A DNA stretch of 64,000 nucleotides, from positions 64,001 to 128,000 of the forward strand of contig CAVTCR010000071.1 in NCBI GenBank assembly GCA_963733195.1, in the 5' to 3' direction. The notes under the pieces are model-generated. The model did no database searches. It was not told the DNA's origin and saw only the letters and a program-made list of their open reading frames with translations. This stretch comes from an uncultured delta proteobacterium. GTDB taxonomy: Bacteria > Desulfobacterota > Binatia > Bin18. Every line of letters starts with the position of its first letter. Position 1 is the first letter of the stretch. Below, in pieces: positions 9,481 through 19,292 of this stretch. The position numbers and the translations under genes are program-made.

Positions 9481-9702
9481 ATGAACGTCTCTGGTATTCT
9501 ACCTCTCGAATAATACGATAAGTCCTTAATATCACAAAGAAATTTGCTTTATTGGGTCTTACAAGAAATAAGGATGCTCTTCTCTGTCGGATGTCGTATC
9601 TGGCAAGATTTCCGACGTTTGGTTAAGCGGGATCAAAGTCAAATTGGATAAAAAATAAAAGAAAAACATTGATTTAAGAGAAATTTTACTTACACAAACA
9701 AC

Positions 9703-9719
9703 TGTAAAAATAACCGACA
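9703..9719. promoter_or_regulatory. Putative enhancer-binding-protein site (PEP-CTERM/PrsR box-like)
   Basis: TGTAAAAATAACCGACA (TGT-N11-ACA); related copies at 9601-9617 and 9802-9818. Confidence 0.55.
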
Positions 9720-9847
9720 GTCTTCCGTTCTCTTTACGTTCTGGAGAAAAGAAACAGAGAGATTCTTGTTCTATGCTGCGCATTCAGGATTACCCAGGAA
9801 ATATGAATATTTTCGACAGAAAAGAGATGTGCTAACTTCCCCAGACT

Positions 9848-10816
9848 GTGATCCAGCAAGATATAAGAAAAAATGACCACTCTGCACTCCGCGTTGGCGT
9901 CGTCGGGGTCGGCTACCTTGGTCGTTTCCATGCCCAGAAATACGCCACTCAGCCAGAGGTCGCGCTCGTCGCGATTGTCGATACCAATGTAACCCGTGCA
10001 GCGGAAATCGCTGCGGAATGTCACACCACAGCATTGATGGATTACCGCGAGATATTCGGCCAGGTCGATTGCGTGAGCATCGCAGTGCCAACGCAATTCC
10101 ACTATGATGTTGCTCGTGACTTTCTCTTGCACGGGATCGATGTTCTCGTTGAGAAGCCCATGACCGTTACTGCTGTCGAAGGACGTGCACTTGTCGAACT
10201 CGCCGCCCAACGGCAGCGTATCCTCCAGGTCGGCCATCTTGAACGGTTCAATTCTGCACTACGTTCTCTGAGCGGGATTCTCACCTCGCCACGATTTATC
10301 GAATGCAACCGCGTTGCGCCATTTGTTGAACGCGGAACCGACGTTGATGTCGTGCGTGATCTGATGATTCACGATCTCGATGTTATTCTAAGCTTAGTCC
10401 AATCTCCGGTGACATCCATCGAAGCCTTTGGAGTTCCGGTGTTAACCTCGGAACCTGACATTGCTAATGCACGGCTCCGTTTCGCCTCTGGATGTATCGC
10501 TGATGTCACTGCCAGTCGAGTTGCGCTCAAACGCGAGCGGAAGATGCGTGTGTTTCAGCCGGACACTTACCTCGTAGTGGATTACGGCGAACATCGTATT
10601 CGCATCTGCCGACGTGAACCCGGCGCGCAACCAGGAACGCTCCCCAACATTACCTTCGAGGAGCGCGAAGTCGGAGGAGAGGATGCACTTGAAGAGGAAA
10701 TCCGCGCGTTCCTGCAAGCGGTCCGTGATCGCAGCAGGCCAATTGTAAGTGGAGAAGACGGACTACAAGCGTTAGAAATGGCGGAACGGATTGTTTCCTG
10801 TCTGGAAATACCGTAG
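9848..10816 (+). CDS. Gfo/Idh/MocA oxidoreductase, GnnA-like (UDP-GlcNAc 3-dehydrogenase)
   Basis: GVGYLGRFHAQKY, VEKP, GHLERFN, DVVRDLMIHDLD; directly upstream of lpxB. Confidence 0.8.
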   Translation: MIQQDIRKNDHSALRVGVVGVGYLGRFHAQKYATQPEVALVAIVDTNVTRAAEIAAECHTTALMDYREIFGQVDCVSIAVPTQFHYDVARDFLLHGIDVLVEKPMTVTAVEGRALVELAAQRQRILQVGHLERFNSALRSLSGILTSPRFIECNRVAPFVERGTDVDVVRDLMIHDLDVILSLVQSPVTSIEAFGVPVLTSEPDIANARLRFASGCIADVTASRVALKRERKMRVFQPDTYLVVDYGEHRIRICRREPGAQPGTLPNITFEEREVGGEDALEEEIRAFLQAVRDRSRPIVSGEDGLQALEMAERIVSCLEIP

Positions 10817-10840
10817 TGCGTGGAACGTGAACTTTGAACT

Positions 10841-12007
10841 TTGAACTCATTAAGCAACCCACAACCCGCAACACGTATCACTCGCTCCGCACAGGTCCTT
10901 CTCGTCGCCGGTGAAGCCTCGGGTGACTTGCATGGTGGGGATCTCGTGGCCGCACTAAAGCGACAAGACCCGAGTCTTAAGATTTTTGGAGTTGGAGGGT
11001 CTGCGCTCCGTGCAGCAGGAATGCAAACGCTAGTTGATAGTGCCACAATCGCCGGTATGGGACTGGTCGAAGCGCGCGACAAAGTAGGAGCATTGATCCG
11101 CACCTATCACCAACTCAAACACATACTCCGAACTGATCCCCCAGATCTTCTTATCCTGATCGACTTCCCCGAATTTAATCTCCGTCTTGCGAAGGTAGCC
11201 AAACACGCAGGCGTGCCGGTTTTTTATTACATCAGCCCACAAGTATGGGCGTGGCGTAAGAGACGTGTGTACACCATCGCCAAGCGCGTGGATCGACTCG
11301 CAGCCGTTTTTCCGTTTGAACCCGCCTTTTACGCGTCGCATGGCTGCACAGTTGATTTTGTTGGTCACCCACTGGTTGATCGCGTGCATCCTACCCGGTC
11401 ACGTGAAGACACACTCCGACAGTATGGCCTTGATCCACAGCGTCGGACGATTGCCCTTCTTCCGGGCAGCCGCTCACAGGAAGTGCGCCTCCTGCTCCCA
11501 CCAATGCTTGGTGCAGTAGCTCTTCTGGGTAATGACTATCAATTTGTCCTTGCTGCCGCAGACACACTCAAATCCGAAGAGTTACAGCAACAGGTCAAGC
11601 CTTCTGCAGTGCAGATCATTCAAGGAGATACCTACAATCTTATTCATGCTTCTGACCTCGTATTTGTTGCTTCGGGCACGGCAACTCTAGAAACCGCCCT
11701 CCTCGAGCGGCCAATGGTCATTATGTATCGATTAGCGCCGTTTACGTATGCACTCGCACGTTTTCTGGTACGCGTTCCGTTTATCGGCATGCCCAATCTG
11801 ATCGTCGAACGGCGGGTGGTCCCAGAACTCATCCAGGGGGAAGTCACTCCCACACGCATTGCTACTGAGGCCACGCGGTTGCTCACCGATGCACAAGCGT
11901 ATAGCGTAGCGCAGGAAGGATTACGCGAAGTTCGCCGCCGGCTCGGTGGGGGTGGTGCTGCTGAGCGAGTTGCTACACTTGTAGCAGAAATGCTGACTCA
12001 TAAATGA
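10841..12007 (+). CDS. lpxB: Lipid-A-disaccharide synthase
   Basis: AGEASGDLHG, IDFPEFN, YYISPQVWAWR, FVGHPL, LPGSR, SGTATLE. Confidence 0.96.
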   Translation: MNSLSNPQPATRITRSAQVLLVAGEASGDLHGGDLVAALKRQDPSLKIFGVGGSALRAAGMQTLVDSATIAGMGLVEARDKVGALIRTYHQLKHILRTDPPDLLILIDFPEFNLRLAKVAKHAGVPVFYYISPQVWAWRKRRVYTIAKRVDRLAAVFPFEPAFYASHGCTVDFVGHPLVDRVHPTRSREDTLRQYGLDPQRRTIALLPGSRSQEVRLLLPPMLGAVALLGNDYQFVLAAADTLKSEELQQQVKPSAVQIIQGDTYNLIHASDLVFVASGTATLETALLERPMVIMYRLAPFTYALARFLVRVPFIGMPNLIVERRVVPELIQGEVTPTRIATEATRLLTDAQAYSVAQEGLREVRRRLGGGGAAERVATLVAEMLTHK

Positions 12008-12098
12008 AGAATGAAAAATGAAAAATTAAGAATTGATAAGAAAAAGAATTTCTTCTTGAGAAATTCTTCACTTCTTCATTCTTAATTCTTAATTCTCC
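12002..12098. repeat. Heptamer tandem-repeat hairpin at lpxB-msbA junction
   Basis: (AATGAAR/AATTAAG)n arm then (TTCTTCA/TTCTTAA)n complementary arm. Confidence 0.8.
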
Positions 12099-12101
12099 TC
12101 A

Positions 12102-13835
12102 ATGAACGTCTACCGTCGATTGCTCCCATTTCTCCGACCGTATTTATTTTCGGCTTTCATTCCGGCAATCCTCTGCATGCTGCTCTTTAGTGCGACGAAT
12201 GGCGTGTTGCCGTTTGTGGTTCAGCATGTGTTCGATGACATCTTTGCTCAGAAGAATCTCGATGCCTTGAGCTTTCTGCCGTGGGTTATCGTTGGAGTCT
12301 TTCTCTTCCGCGGAGTTGTGAATTTTGGTCATGCCTATTTGATCGAGTATGTCGGACAACACATCGTCGCCGACCTGCGTAACGCCCTGAATGCGCATGT
12401 ACAGTCACTCTCGCTGAGCTATTTTCAGCGCAACCCTACAGGAACCATCCTTTCTCGCGTGACGAATGACACAACACTCGTCCGTGAAGCGCTGACACAA
12501 GCCACCGCATCAATTATGAAGGATACAACCTCCCTCCTTCTACTCATTATCGTTGCGTTCGTGAAAGATTGGTTTCTTGCCCTTTTGGCCTTTATCGTCT
12601 TCCCGGTAACAATTTTGCCTCTGACCCTAATGTACAAGAAGGTACGTCGCGCTAGTCGTAGAGGGCAAGGTTCGCTAGGATCACTCACAGTTCTTTTGCA
12701 AGAAACTATTCAAGGCAGCCGTATCGTAAGGGCTTTTGGGGCTGAGACGTACGAAAACCAGCGTTTCGCGACTGAAAACAAGCGGCTCTTCTCCCATTCA
12801 CTGAAAGCTGGACGGGTACGCGCATTTGTTCCACCAATGGTTGAACTCGTTGCTGCGGTAGGGATCGCAGCGGTGGTTTGGTACGGCGGCCAAAGTGTGA
12901 TCGTCGGTGAACGCACCCAGGGGGAATTCATTGCTTTTCTCACGGCCCTGCTTCTCCTTTATGAACCATTCAAACATCTGACACGTACGAGTGCGGCGAT
13001 TCAGACCGGACTAGCCGCAGCTGAGCGTTTATTCGAGGTTCTCGACGAACGGAGCGAGGTCGAAGACCGGCCGGATGCGCAACTACTCACAGGGGTTCGG
13101 CAAGGAATCCGCTTTGACAACGTTCATTTTCGCTATCGCCAAGAGTGGGTCTTGCAAGGCATTACCTTGGAGATTCGCACCGGCGAGGTCGTCGCGTTAG
13201 TCGGTCCCAGCGGTGGCGGGAAAAGCACAATAGCAGACTTGATTCCCCGCTTTTACGATGTGCAAAAGGGGCGGATTGCCATTAATGGCATTGATATTCG
13301 TGATGTGACGCTAGCGTCGTTGCGCTCGCAACTGGCAATCGTGTCGCAGTCAACGTTCCTGTTTAACGATACTGTCCGCAAGAATATTGCCTACGGCATG
13401 GCGGATATTCCGATGGAAGATATCATTGCTGCAGCGCAAGCAGCCTATGCCCATGACTTTATCATGGATCTTCCACACGGGTACGACACGATTATTGGCG
13501 AACTCGGTTCCACGTTGTCGGGCGGCCAGCGCCAACGTCTAGCTATCGCTCGCGCCTTGCTCAAGAATGCACCGATTTTGATTCTCGACGAAGCGACTTC
13601 CTCGCTCGATAATGAATCAGAACGACAGGTACAGGCGGCTATCGAACGGTTGATGGTCGGTCGCACGGTCCTCGTCATCGCTCATCGGCTCTCGACTGTC
13701 CACAAAGCCGATCGGATTGCAGTTCTGATCAACGGTCAGATTGTCGAGCAAGGGCGCCATGAACAGCTCATTGTTCGTAACTCACAGTATCGCAAGCTAT
13801 ATGAGCTTCAGTTCTACGAAACCACCCCAGCCTGA
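12102..13835 (+). CDS. msbA: Lipid A export ABC transporter MsbA
   Basis: TM domain plus GPSGGGKST, LSGGQRQR, DEATSSLD; located between lpxB and waaA. Confidence 0.9.
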   Translation: MNVYRRLLPFLRPYLFSAFIPAILCMLLFSATNGVLPFVVQHVFDDIFAQKNLDALSFLPWVIVGVFLFRGVVNFGHAYLIEYVGQHIVADLRNALNAHVQSLSLSYFQRNPTGTILSRVTNDTTLVREALTQATASIMKDTTSLLLLIIVAFVKDWFLALLAFIVFPVTILPLTLMYKKVRRASRRGQGSLGSLTVLLQETIQGSRIVRAFGAETYENQRFATENKRLFSHSLKAGRVRAFVPPMVELVAAVGIAAVVWYGGQSVIVGERTQGEFIAFLTALLLLYEPFKHLTRTSAAIQTGLAAAERLFEVLDERSEVEDRPDAQLLTGVRQGIRFDNVHFRYRQEWVLQGITLEIRTGEVVALVGPSGGGKSTIADLIPRFYDVQKGRIAINGIDIRDVTLASLRSQLAIVSQSTFLFNDTVRKNIAYGMADIPMEDIIAAAQAAYAHDFIMDLPHGYDTIIGELGSTLSGGQRQRLAIARALLKNAPILILDEATSSLDNESERQVQAAIERLMVGRTVLVIAHRLSTVHKADRIAVLINGQIVEQGRHEQLIVRNSQYRKLYELQFYETTPA

Positions 13836-14568
13836 GACACCCCAGCCTCGCTTCTCGTTTGTCGAAGAGATCAAGATACGCTGCTGGTCATTTCTTGCCT
13901 TTTGTGTCTTGCGTCTACTGGGAGCGACAACCCATAAGCGGCAGGTCGGCGGCGAAGGATTATTGTCGCATTGGAAGCGTGGAGAGCAAGTGATTCTCGC
14001 TTTTTGGCATAGCAGGATTTTGCTCATGCTATTCTCATATCGGGGCCAAATAGCCTGTATCATGAATAGTGTACACCGTGATGGAGAAATTATTACTCGC
14101 GTTATTCGTCGCTTTGGGATCAGCGCAGTACGTGGCTCATCGACGCGCGGATGGATGGGTGGGCTCAAAGGGATGCTCGACGCTTATCACCAGGGATATG
14201 ATCTCGTTGTCATTCCCGATGGTCCTCGCGGTCCGCGTTATCAAGCGAAATCTGGCGTGCTTCAACTGGCGCGTGCTACTGGAGCACCGATTTTTCCCGT
14301 CACTTATAGTGCGGCGTGGAAAACAACCGTAGGAAGTTGGGATCGCTTGCTGATTCCCTTTCCCTTCAGTCGTGTGTTGTACGTTGTCGGATCACCTATC
14401 CACGTCCCACCAGATGCGACGAAAGAGGTCGTGGAAGAAAAACGCCAAGAACTGGAAGCTGAGTTGATCAGAATCACGACGCAAGCTGACAATTATTTTG
14501 CCAAGCAGTCGGTGGCAGCTGGTGAGGCGGTACTTGCGGGCACTCCACAACCTTTGCCGCCACGATGA
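13801..14568 (+). CDS. Lysophospholipid acyltransferase family (DUF374) protein
   Basis: AFWHSR, S.HRDGE, VRGSSTRG, PDGPRGP, WDRLLIPFPF. Confidence 0.85.
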   Translation: MSFSSTKPPQPETPQPRFSFVEEIKIRCWSFLAFCVLRLLGATTHKRQVGGEGLLSHWKRGEQVILAFWHSRILLMLFSYRGQIACIMNSVHRDGEIITRVIRRFGISAVRGSSTRGWMGGLKGMLDAYHQGYDLVVIPDGPRGPRYQAKSGVLQLARATGAPIFPVTYSAAWKTTVGSWDRLLIPFPFSRVLYVVGSPIHVPPDATKEVVEEKRQELEAELIRITTQADNYFAKQSVAAGEAVLAGTPQPLPPR

Positions 14569-14624
14569 GTGGTCCTAAACCAAAGAGGGTATCCTTACAC
14601 TTCACAACGTATCCCTTCACTTCT

Positions 14625-14706
14625 GTCATTCTGAGCAGCACGAAGAATCTCTCTGAGAGACCTTTCATGGAATTTATCCTGAGCTTATCGAAAGGCTCAG
14701 GGTGAT
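14625..14706. repeat. REP/MITE-like palindromic element
   Basis: GTCATTCTGAGC...GAAGAATCTC...GAGA..CCTTTC...ATCCTGAGC..TCGAAAGGCTCAGGGTGA nested inverted repeats; relatives at 21538, 23100, 32637, 38089. Confidence 0.7.
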
Positions 14707-14760
14707 AAATTCAGCGTGTTACCCTCTTAAAGTCTGAAGTAAGAAGCATTTCATAACTCC

Positions 14761-16056
14761 ATGTCATTGTTTCTGTACAATCTGCTCATCACATTTTTCG
14801 CCATCGTGGCTCTCCCGGTCGCGGCCCTCGCTCTAGCGATGCGCCCTCGCTACCGTCTCGGGCTCTCGCAGCGATTAGGAATACTTCCTTCAGATGTGAT
14901 TGAACGCCTACACGGACAAGCCCCAGTGTGGCTCCATGCACCGTCAGTTGGTGAAATGCTCGCGACTCGCCCTTTTCTGCACAGGCTCAAAGAGGAGTAT
15001 CCTGATCATCCACTTCTGCTCTCCTGCCTCACTCCGACCGCGTATACGACAGCTCAGGAAAAGATAGTTGAAGCTGACGCGGTAATATACTTTCCGCTTG
15101 ATCATCCGCTGTTTGTAGAGAAAGTGCTCGCGTACATCACACCAGCAGTATTTCTGTTTACCGAGACCGAAATGTGGCCCAATTTTCTTACCGCCTTAGC
15201 ACAACGGGAAATCCCTACCGTGCTGGTCAGTGGTCGGTTTTCGTCGCGGGCCGTAGCTCGTTATCGCTGGCTCTCTCCGCTTTTTACACCTGTTTTTCAG
15301 AACCTCACTCTCTGTTGTATGCAAACGCAAGCTGATGCGGACCGGCTCATTAGCGTTGGAGCGCACCCTGTACGAGTTGTCGTCACTGGCAATTTCAAGG
15401 TTGATGGAGTTGCCGAGAGCGTCTCTCAAGGACAGACGATTCTCTCTGATGCCGGCCTAGCTAATCGACCAGTACTGATCGGAGCCAGCACGCATGCCGG
15501 CGAAGAAGAGATACTACTGAATGCCTATCGTCAGTTGCAACGTAAAATCCCCCAGTTGTTGCTCGTACTGGCTCCGCGCCATCCGCAGCGTTTCGCTGAA
15601 GTCGAACATCTCATCCACGCTAAGGGTTATCGCTATCGTAAACGCAGCCAGACTGTAGCCTCTACCTCCGAGGTTGAAGTGTTCCTATTAGACACCCTTG
15701 GTGAGTTAGCCTCGTTGTATTCCACTGCAAGCCTTGTTTTTGTTGGTGGGAGCCTGATCAAAGGGCCAGGGGGACATAGTGTGATTGAGCCAGCGCTGGC
15801 GCACGTACCGGTGTGTTTCGGTCCGTATACGCGGAACTTTACGACTGTGGTAGAGGAATTGATGCGTGAAGGTGGAGGATTCCAAATCAACAATGAAGAA
15901 AGTCTCGTGCACGCCGTACTTCCCTTGCTCACCAACGCATCTTTACGAGAGGAAACCGGCCATAAAGCATTCGCAGTGATTCGTCGTAGCCAAGGAGCAG
16001 TTGAACGGACAATAGAGGAAATAATGAAGAATGAAGAATTAAGAGTGAAGAATTAA
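14761..16056 (+). CDS. waaA: Kdo transferase
   Basis: WLHAPSVGE, FPLD, ETEMWPN, TGNFK.D, ASTHAGEE, APRHPQRF, DTLGEL, FVGGSL, GGH. Confidence 0.95.
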   Translation: MSLFLYNLLITFFAIVALPVAALALAMRPRYRLGLSQRLGILPSDVIERLHGQAPVWLHAPSVGEMLATRPFLHRLKEEYPDHPLLLSCLTPTAYTTAQEKIVEADAVIYFPLDHPLFVEKVLAYITPAVFLFTETEMWPNFLTALAQREIPTVLVSGRFSSRAVARYRWLSPLFTPVFQNLTLCCMQTQADADRLISVGAHPVRVVVTGNFKVDGVAESVSQGQTILSDAGLANRPVLIGASTHAGEEEILLNAYRQLQRKIPQLLLVLAPRHPQRFAEVEHLIHAKGYRYRKRSQTVASTSEVEVFLLDTLGELASLYSTASLVFVGGSLIKGPGGHSVIEPALAHVPVCFGPYTRNFTTVVEELMREGGGFQINNEESLVHAVLPLLTNASLREETGHKAFAVIRRSQGAVERTIEEIMKNEELRVKN

Positions 16057-16132
16057 AAATGACAACGGAAAATTCAACTCTCGGATACAGGCTCTCTTCT
16101 ATATTCTACATTCTTAACTCTTAACTCTTCAT
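16021..16132. repeat. Heptamer tandem-repeat hairpin at waaA-lpxK junction
   Basis: (AATGAAG/AGTGAAG/AATTAAG)n overlapping the waaA 3' end, then (TCTTAAC)n arm. Confidence 0.8.
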
Positions 16133-16145
16133 TGTTTTCTAAGTT

Positions 16146-17285
16146 ATGTTTTTCGTGCATCACCTCATCGAGAGTATCTGGCGGCGACAAAGCATGTGGT
16201 CGCGAATCGGATGGACCGCGCTCACACCGTTCTCCCTTGCTTTTTCTCTTGCCGTCCGTGCTCGAAACGTTAGTTATGACCTTGGCATATTGCCAACTGT
16301 CCGTGTGCCGCTCTTGGTTATCAGTATTGGCAATCTCACAGTGGGAGGGACCGGCAAAACACCGCTCACACTGTGGCTTGCACAGGCTCTACAGCAACGC
16401 GGATATTCAGTTGGAATCATCACTCGTGGTTATAAAGGTACGGCGGTGAGCCCTATCCTTGCTGGTCGCAACGGTACTCCGTTAGCCACTATTGCTGAGG
16501 TAGGAGATGAAGCTTTTATGCTCGCGCGGCGGTTCCCCGGAGTTGTTATTGCAGGCCGCGATCGGGTCGCGGCAGCCATGTTTGCCCATCAGCATTTTGT
16601 GCTTGATGTCGTCATTCTTGACGACGGATTCCAACATCGCCGCCTGCACCGCGATGTTGAGGTCGTGTTATTTTCTGCGCAGGAAGCAGCCAGCACCTGG
16701 CTTCTCCCGGCAGGCCCGTTTCGTGAGCCGTTCAGTGGGATACGGCGGGCGGACGCCGTCGTCATCACTAAACGAACGCAAGGACAAAATAACCTCCCTG
16801 CTCACCTCCTGTCACAACTGGATTCACACGCCATACCAATGTTCTCCGGTGAGCTTGTGCCGACTGTACTTGTACAGGTGCTTCACGGTCAATGGCTCGA
16901 ACAGCCTCTATCTGCTCTGTCCGGCAAGCGTGTCATAGCAGTCACAGCGGTTGCGAATCCCCAACCTTTTTACCACAGTATACGTGAACAGGGGGCAGAA
17001 CTTACGCAGGTGGTGGAATTTCCTGACCATCACAGCTATACGCACTCAGACTGGCAGCAGCTTGTCCAGGACAGTGGTTCATGTGATGTACTGCTGACGA
17101 CGGAAAAAGATCTCGTCAAGCTTGAACAGTTTTCTCCTGCAGTAGATCGGCTGCGGGCGTTACGTGTACAGCTTCAACTGGAACCAGCAGAGGCGTTCCT
17201 TACAACAATCGAACAACAGCTCCGCAGTCGAAAAAGAGATAGGATCGACAATGGCCGCACCATTTCTCATCAAAGCAGTCACTGA
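16146..17285 (+). CDS. lpxK: Tetraacyldisaccharide 4'-kinase
   Basis: IGNLTVGGTGKTP, RGY, GDEA, LDDGFQH, LLPAGPFRE, FPDHH, TTEKD.VK. Confidence 0.95.
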   Translation: MFFVHHLIESIWRRQSMWSRIGWTALTPFSLAFSLAVRARNVSYDLGILPTVRVPLLVISIGNLTVGGTGKTPLTLWLAQALQQRGYSVGIITRGYKGTAVSPILAGRNGTPLATIAEVGDEAFMLARRFPGVVIAGRDRVAAAMFAHQHFVLDVVILDDGFQHRRLHRDVEVVLFSAQEAASTWLLPAGPFREPFSGIRRADAVVITKRTQGQNNLPAHLLSQLDSHAIPMFSGELVPTVLVQVLHGQWLEQPLSALSGKRVIAVTAVANPQPFYHSIREQGAELTQVVEFPDHHSYTHSDWQQLVQDSGSCDVLLTTEKDLVKLEQFSPAVDRLRALRVQLQLEPAEAFLTTIEQQLRSRKRDRIDNGRTISHQSSH

Positions 17286-18003
17286 CCTGCTCGCTGACAT
17301 TCCCGTATCCGGCAAAGTACTGTTAGATGTCAGTTGTAAAGAAGGTGATGTGCTCCGTGCCGTCGCACCCCTCGGGTTCAGCGTCCGGGGAACCAATTAC
17401 GAGCCCACGGGACCATCTCAGAACGGAACTCCCATCGATTACGGGGTCGATCTCCTCCAGCGGCTGCCCTATGACAACGCCAGTTTTGATGTCGTCCTGC
17501 TTATCGAGGTGATTGAACACCTTGAGAATCACCGTATTGCGCTGTGCGAATTGGCTCGCATTCTCAAACCAGGCGGTGTGTTAATTCTGACGACACCGAA
17601 TATCATGCGCCTCAATTCCCGTTTTCATTTCTTCTTCAGCGGTTATCACAAGACAAAACGCCGCTTCATTCCTTTCGATACGCCGCTCGCTCAGGCCCAT
17701 CGGTTTCACAACTACCCCATCGACCTACCAATCTTGTATTATCTGTGTAAACAAAACGGACTGACGATTGAACGACTCGGCAACAGCAAGATCAAAGGTT
17801 TCTCTCGTCTCCTCTTCCTGCTCTTCGGTCTCCCCGTACAACTATACACGTGGTATACTTTACAGCTGCGGGAAAGAGACCCGCAGCAAAAACAAGAAAA
17901 TCGCCAGCTGTGCCGCTGGTTACTGGATTCGCGTACGTTAATGGAAGACAACCTTGTCCTTCGACTGCGAAAATTTGACGGGAGTGTCCCAACTCCCCAC
18001 TAA
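17251..18003 (+). CDS. Class I SAM-dependent methyltransferase
   Basis: LLDVSCKEG (degenerate motif I), LPYDNASFDVV, EVIEHL, LKPGGVLILTTPN. Confidence 0.85.
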   Translation: MAAPFLIKAVTDLLADIPVSGKVLLDVSCKEGDVLRAVAPLGFSVRGTNYEPTGPSQNGTPIDYGVDLLQRLPYDNASFDVVLLIEVIEHLENHRIALCELARILKPGGVLILTTPNIMRLNSRFHFFFSGYHKTKRRFIPFDTPLAQAHRFHNYPIDLPILYYLCKQNGLTIERLGNSKIKGFSRLLFLLFGLPVQLYTWYTLQLRERDPQQKQENRQLCRWLLDSRTLMEDNLVLRLRKFDGSVPTPH

Positions 18004-18012
18004 GGAGGCGTC

Positions 18013-18183
18013 ATGGCATTGAGCAAAGAGCTCTTACAGATTCTCGTCTGTCCTAAGTGCAAAGGTGAGTTAGCTTTGACAGCGAAAGAAGACGCGTTGA
18101 ACTGCCATGCGTGTAAACTGTCATATCCAATCAAAGATGACATTCCGGTCATGCTGATCGACGAGGCACTACCACTCACGTAA
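18013..18183 (+). CDS. Trm112 family protein (YcaR-like), 56 aa
   Basis: Manual translation MALSKELLQILVCPKCKGEL...LNCHACKLSYPIKDDIPVMLIDEA; TAAGGAGG RBS. Confidence 0.92.
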   Translation: MALSKELLQILVCPKCKGELALTAKEDALNCHACKLSYPIKDDIPVMLIDEALPLT

Positions 18184-18206
18184 GGCTCATATATCGGTGA
18201 TCTCGC

Positions 18207-19287
18207 ATGTCTCTTTCCTCTCTTCAGGGTCGTTCCCAACGGGTCGTAGTCGCACAGACTGGTTTCTTGGGAGATGTGGTGTTAACGACTCCTTTGCTGA
18301 CCACCCTCCACAGAACCCTGACCCCTGAGTCACTCACTGTGCTGACGACGCCCCAGGCAAAGCCTTTGATAGAACACCATCCGCATGTCTCACGAGTCTT
18401 GGTCGATACCAAACGAACAGATGGACGTGGACTCTTTGGACTATGGCGCACCGCGCAACGGCTGCGTCAGGAACGTTTTACCCTAGCGATCGCCGCGCAT
18501 AAATCTCTGCGGACGGCGTTGCTCCTTGCCCTGGCCGGCATTCCCCTTCGTGTCGGGTTTCGTCAGAGTCCAGGATGGTTCTTGTATCATCATACTGCCC
18601 AGCGAGACACCCACCGACATGAGGTCGAGCGGATTCTCTGCCTCATGCGCGCTTTTGGCTTAGAACCTGAAGAGTGTGACCGTAGTCCTCGTATTGAGTA
18701 TACAGAAACGACAAAGGCCCAGGCCCGCGCCCTGTTACACGACAACGGCATTGCACCGACAGATCCGCTCTTTATTGTGTGTCCTGGCTCAGTGTGGCCA
18801 ACCAAACGCTGGACCGTTGAAGGATTTGCCAGCCTCGTGCGTCGCCTTGAGAGTAATTATGGTCGTGTCCTTCTCTGTGGAGGACCAGATGATGCTGAGG
18901 TCGCGCACGCAGTTCATGACCAGGCTGGACACCACGGAGTGAATCTCGTCGGACAAGCTGACCTGTCAACCTTCATGGCCTTGATTGACCACGCACAAGT
19001 AGTGATTAGTAATGACAGTGCGCCTATGCACATCGCGGTGGCGCGTGGTGTGCCAATCGTTGCAGTCTTCTGTGCAACAACTCCTAACCTTGGCTATGGT
19101 CCCTATACAAACAACGCAGTCGTCGTTGAGCGGAAGGGGTTGTCATGTCGCCCATGTGGTCGCCACGGTAGCCATTCGTGTCCACTCGGGACCGACGCGT
19201 GTATGCGCCAGGTCAGTGTTGCTGATGTGTATGGCAGGGGTAGAACAATTGCTGAACCGCTCCGCGCCAGCGGCACTGCGAGTATAG
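18207..19287 (+). CDS. waaF: LPS heptosyltransferase II (GT9), apparent frameshift ~19230
   Basis: FLGDVVLTTP, PGSVWPTKRW, SNDSAPMHIA, CRPCG.HG...CPLG..ACM; natural end MAGVEQLLN...* lies in the 19012-19287 frame. Confidence 0.8.
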
Positions 19288-19292
19288 CTGCT

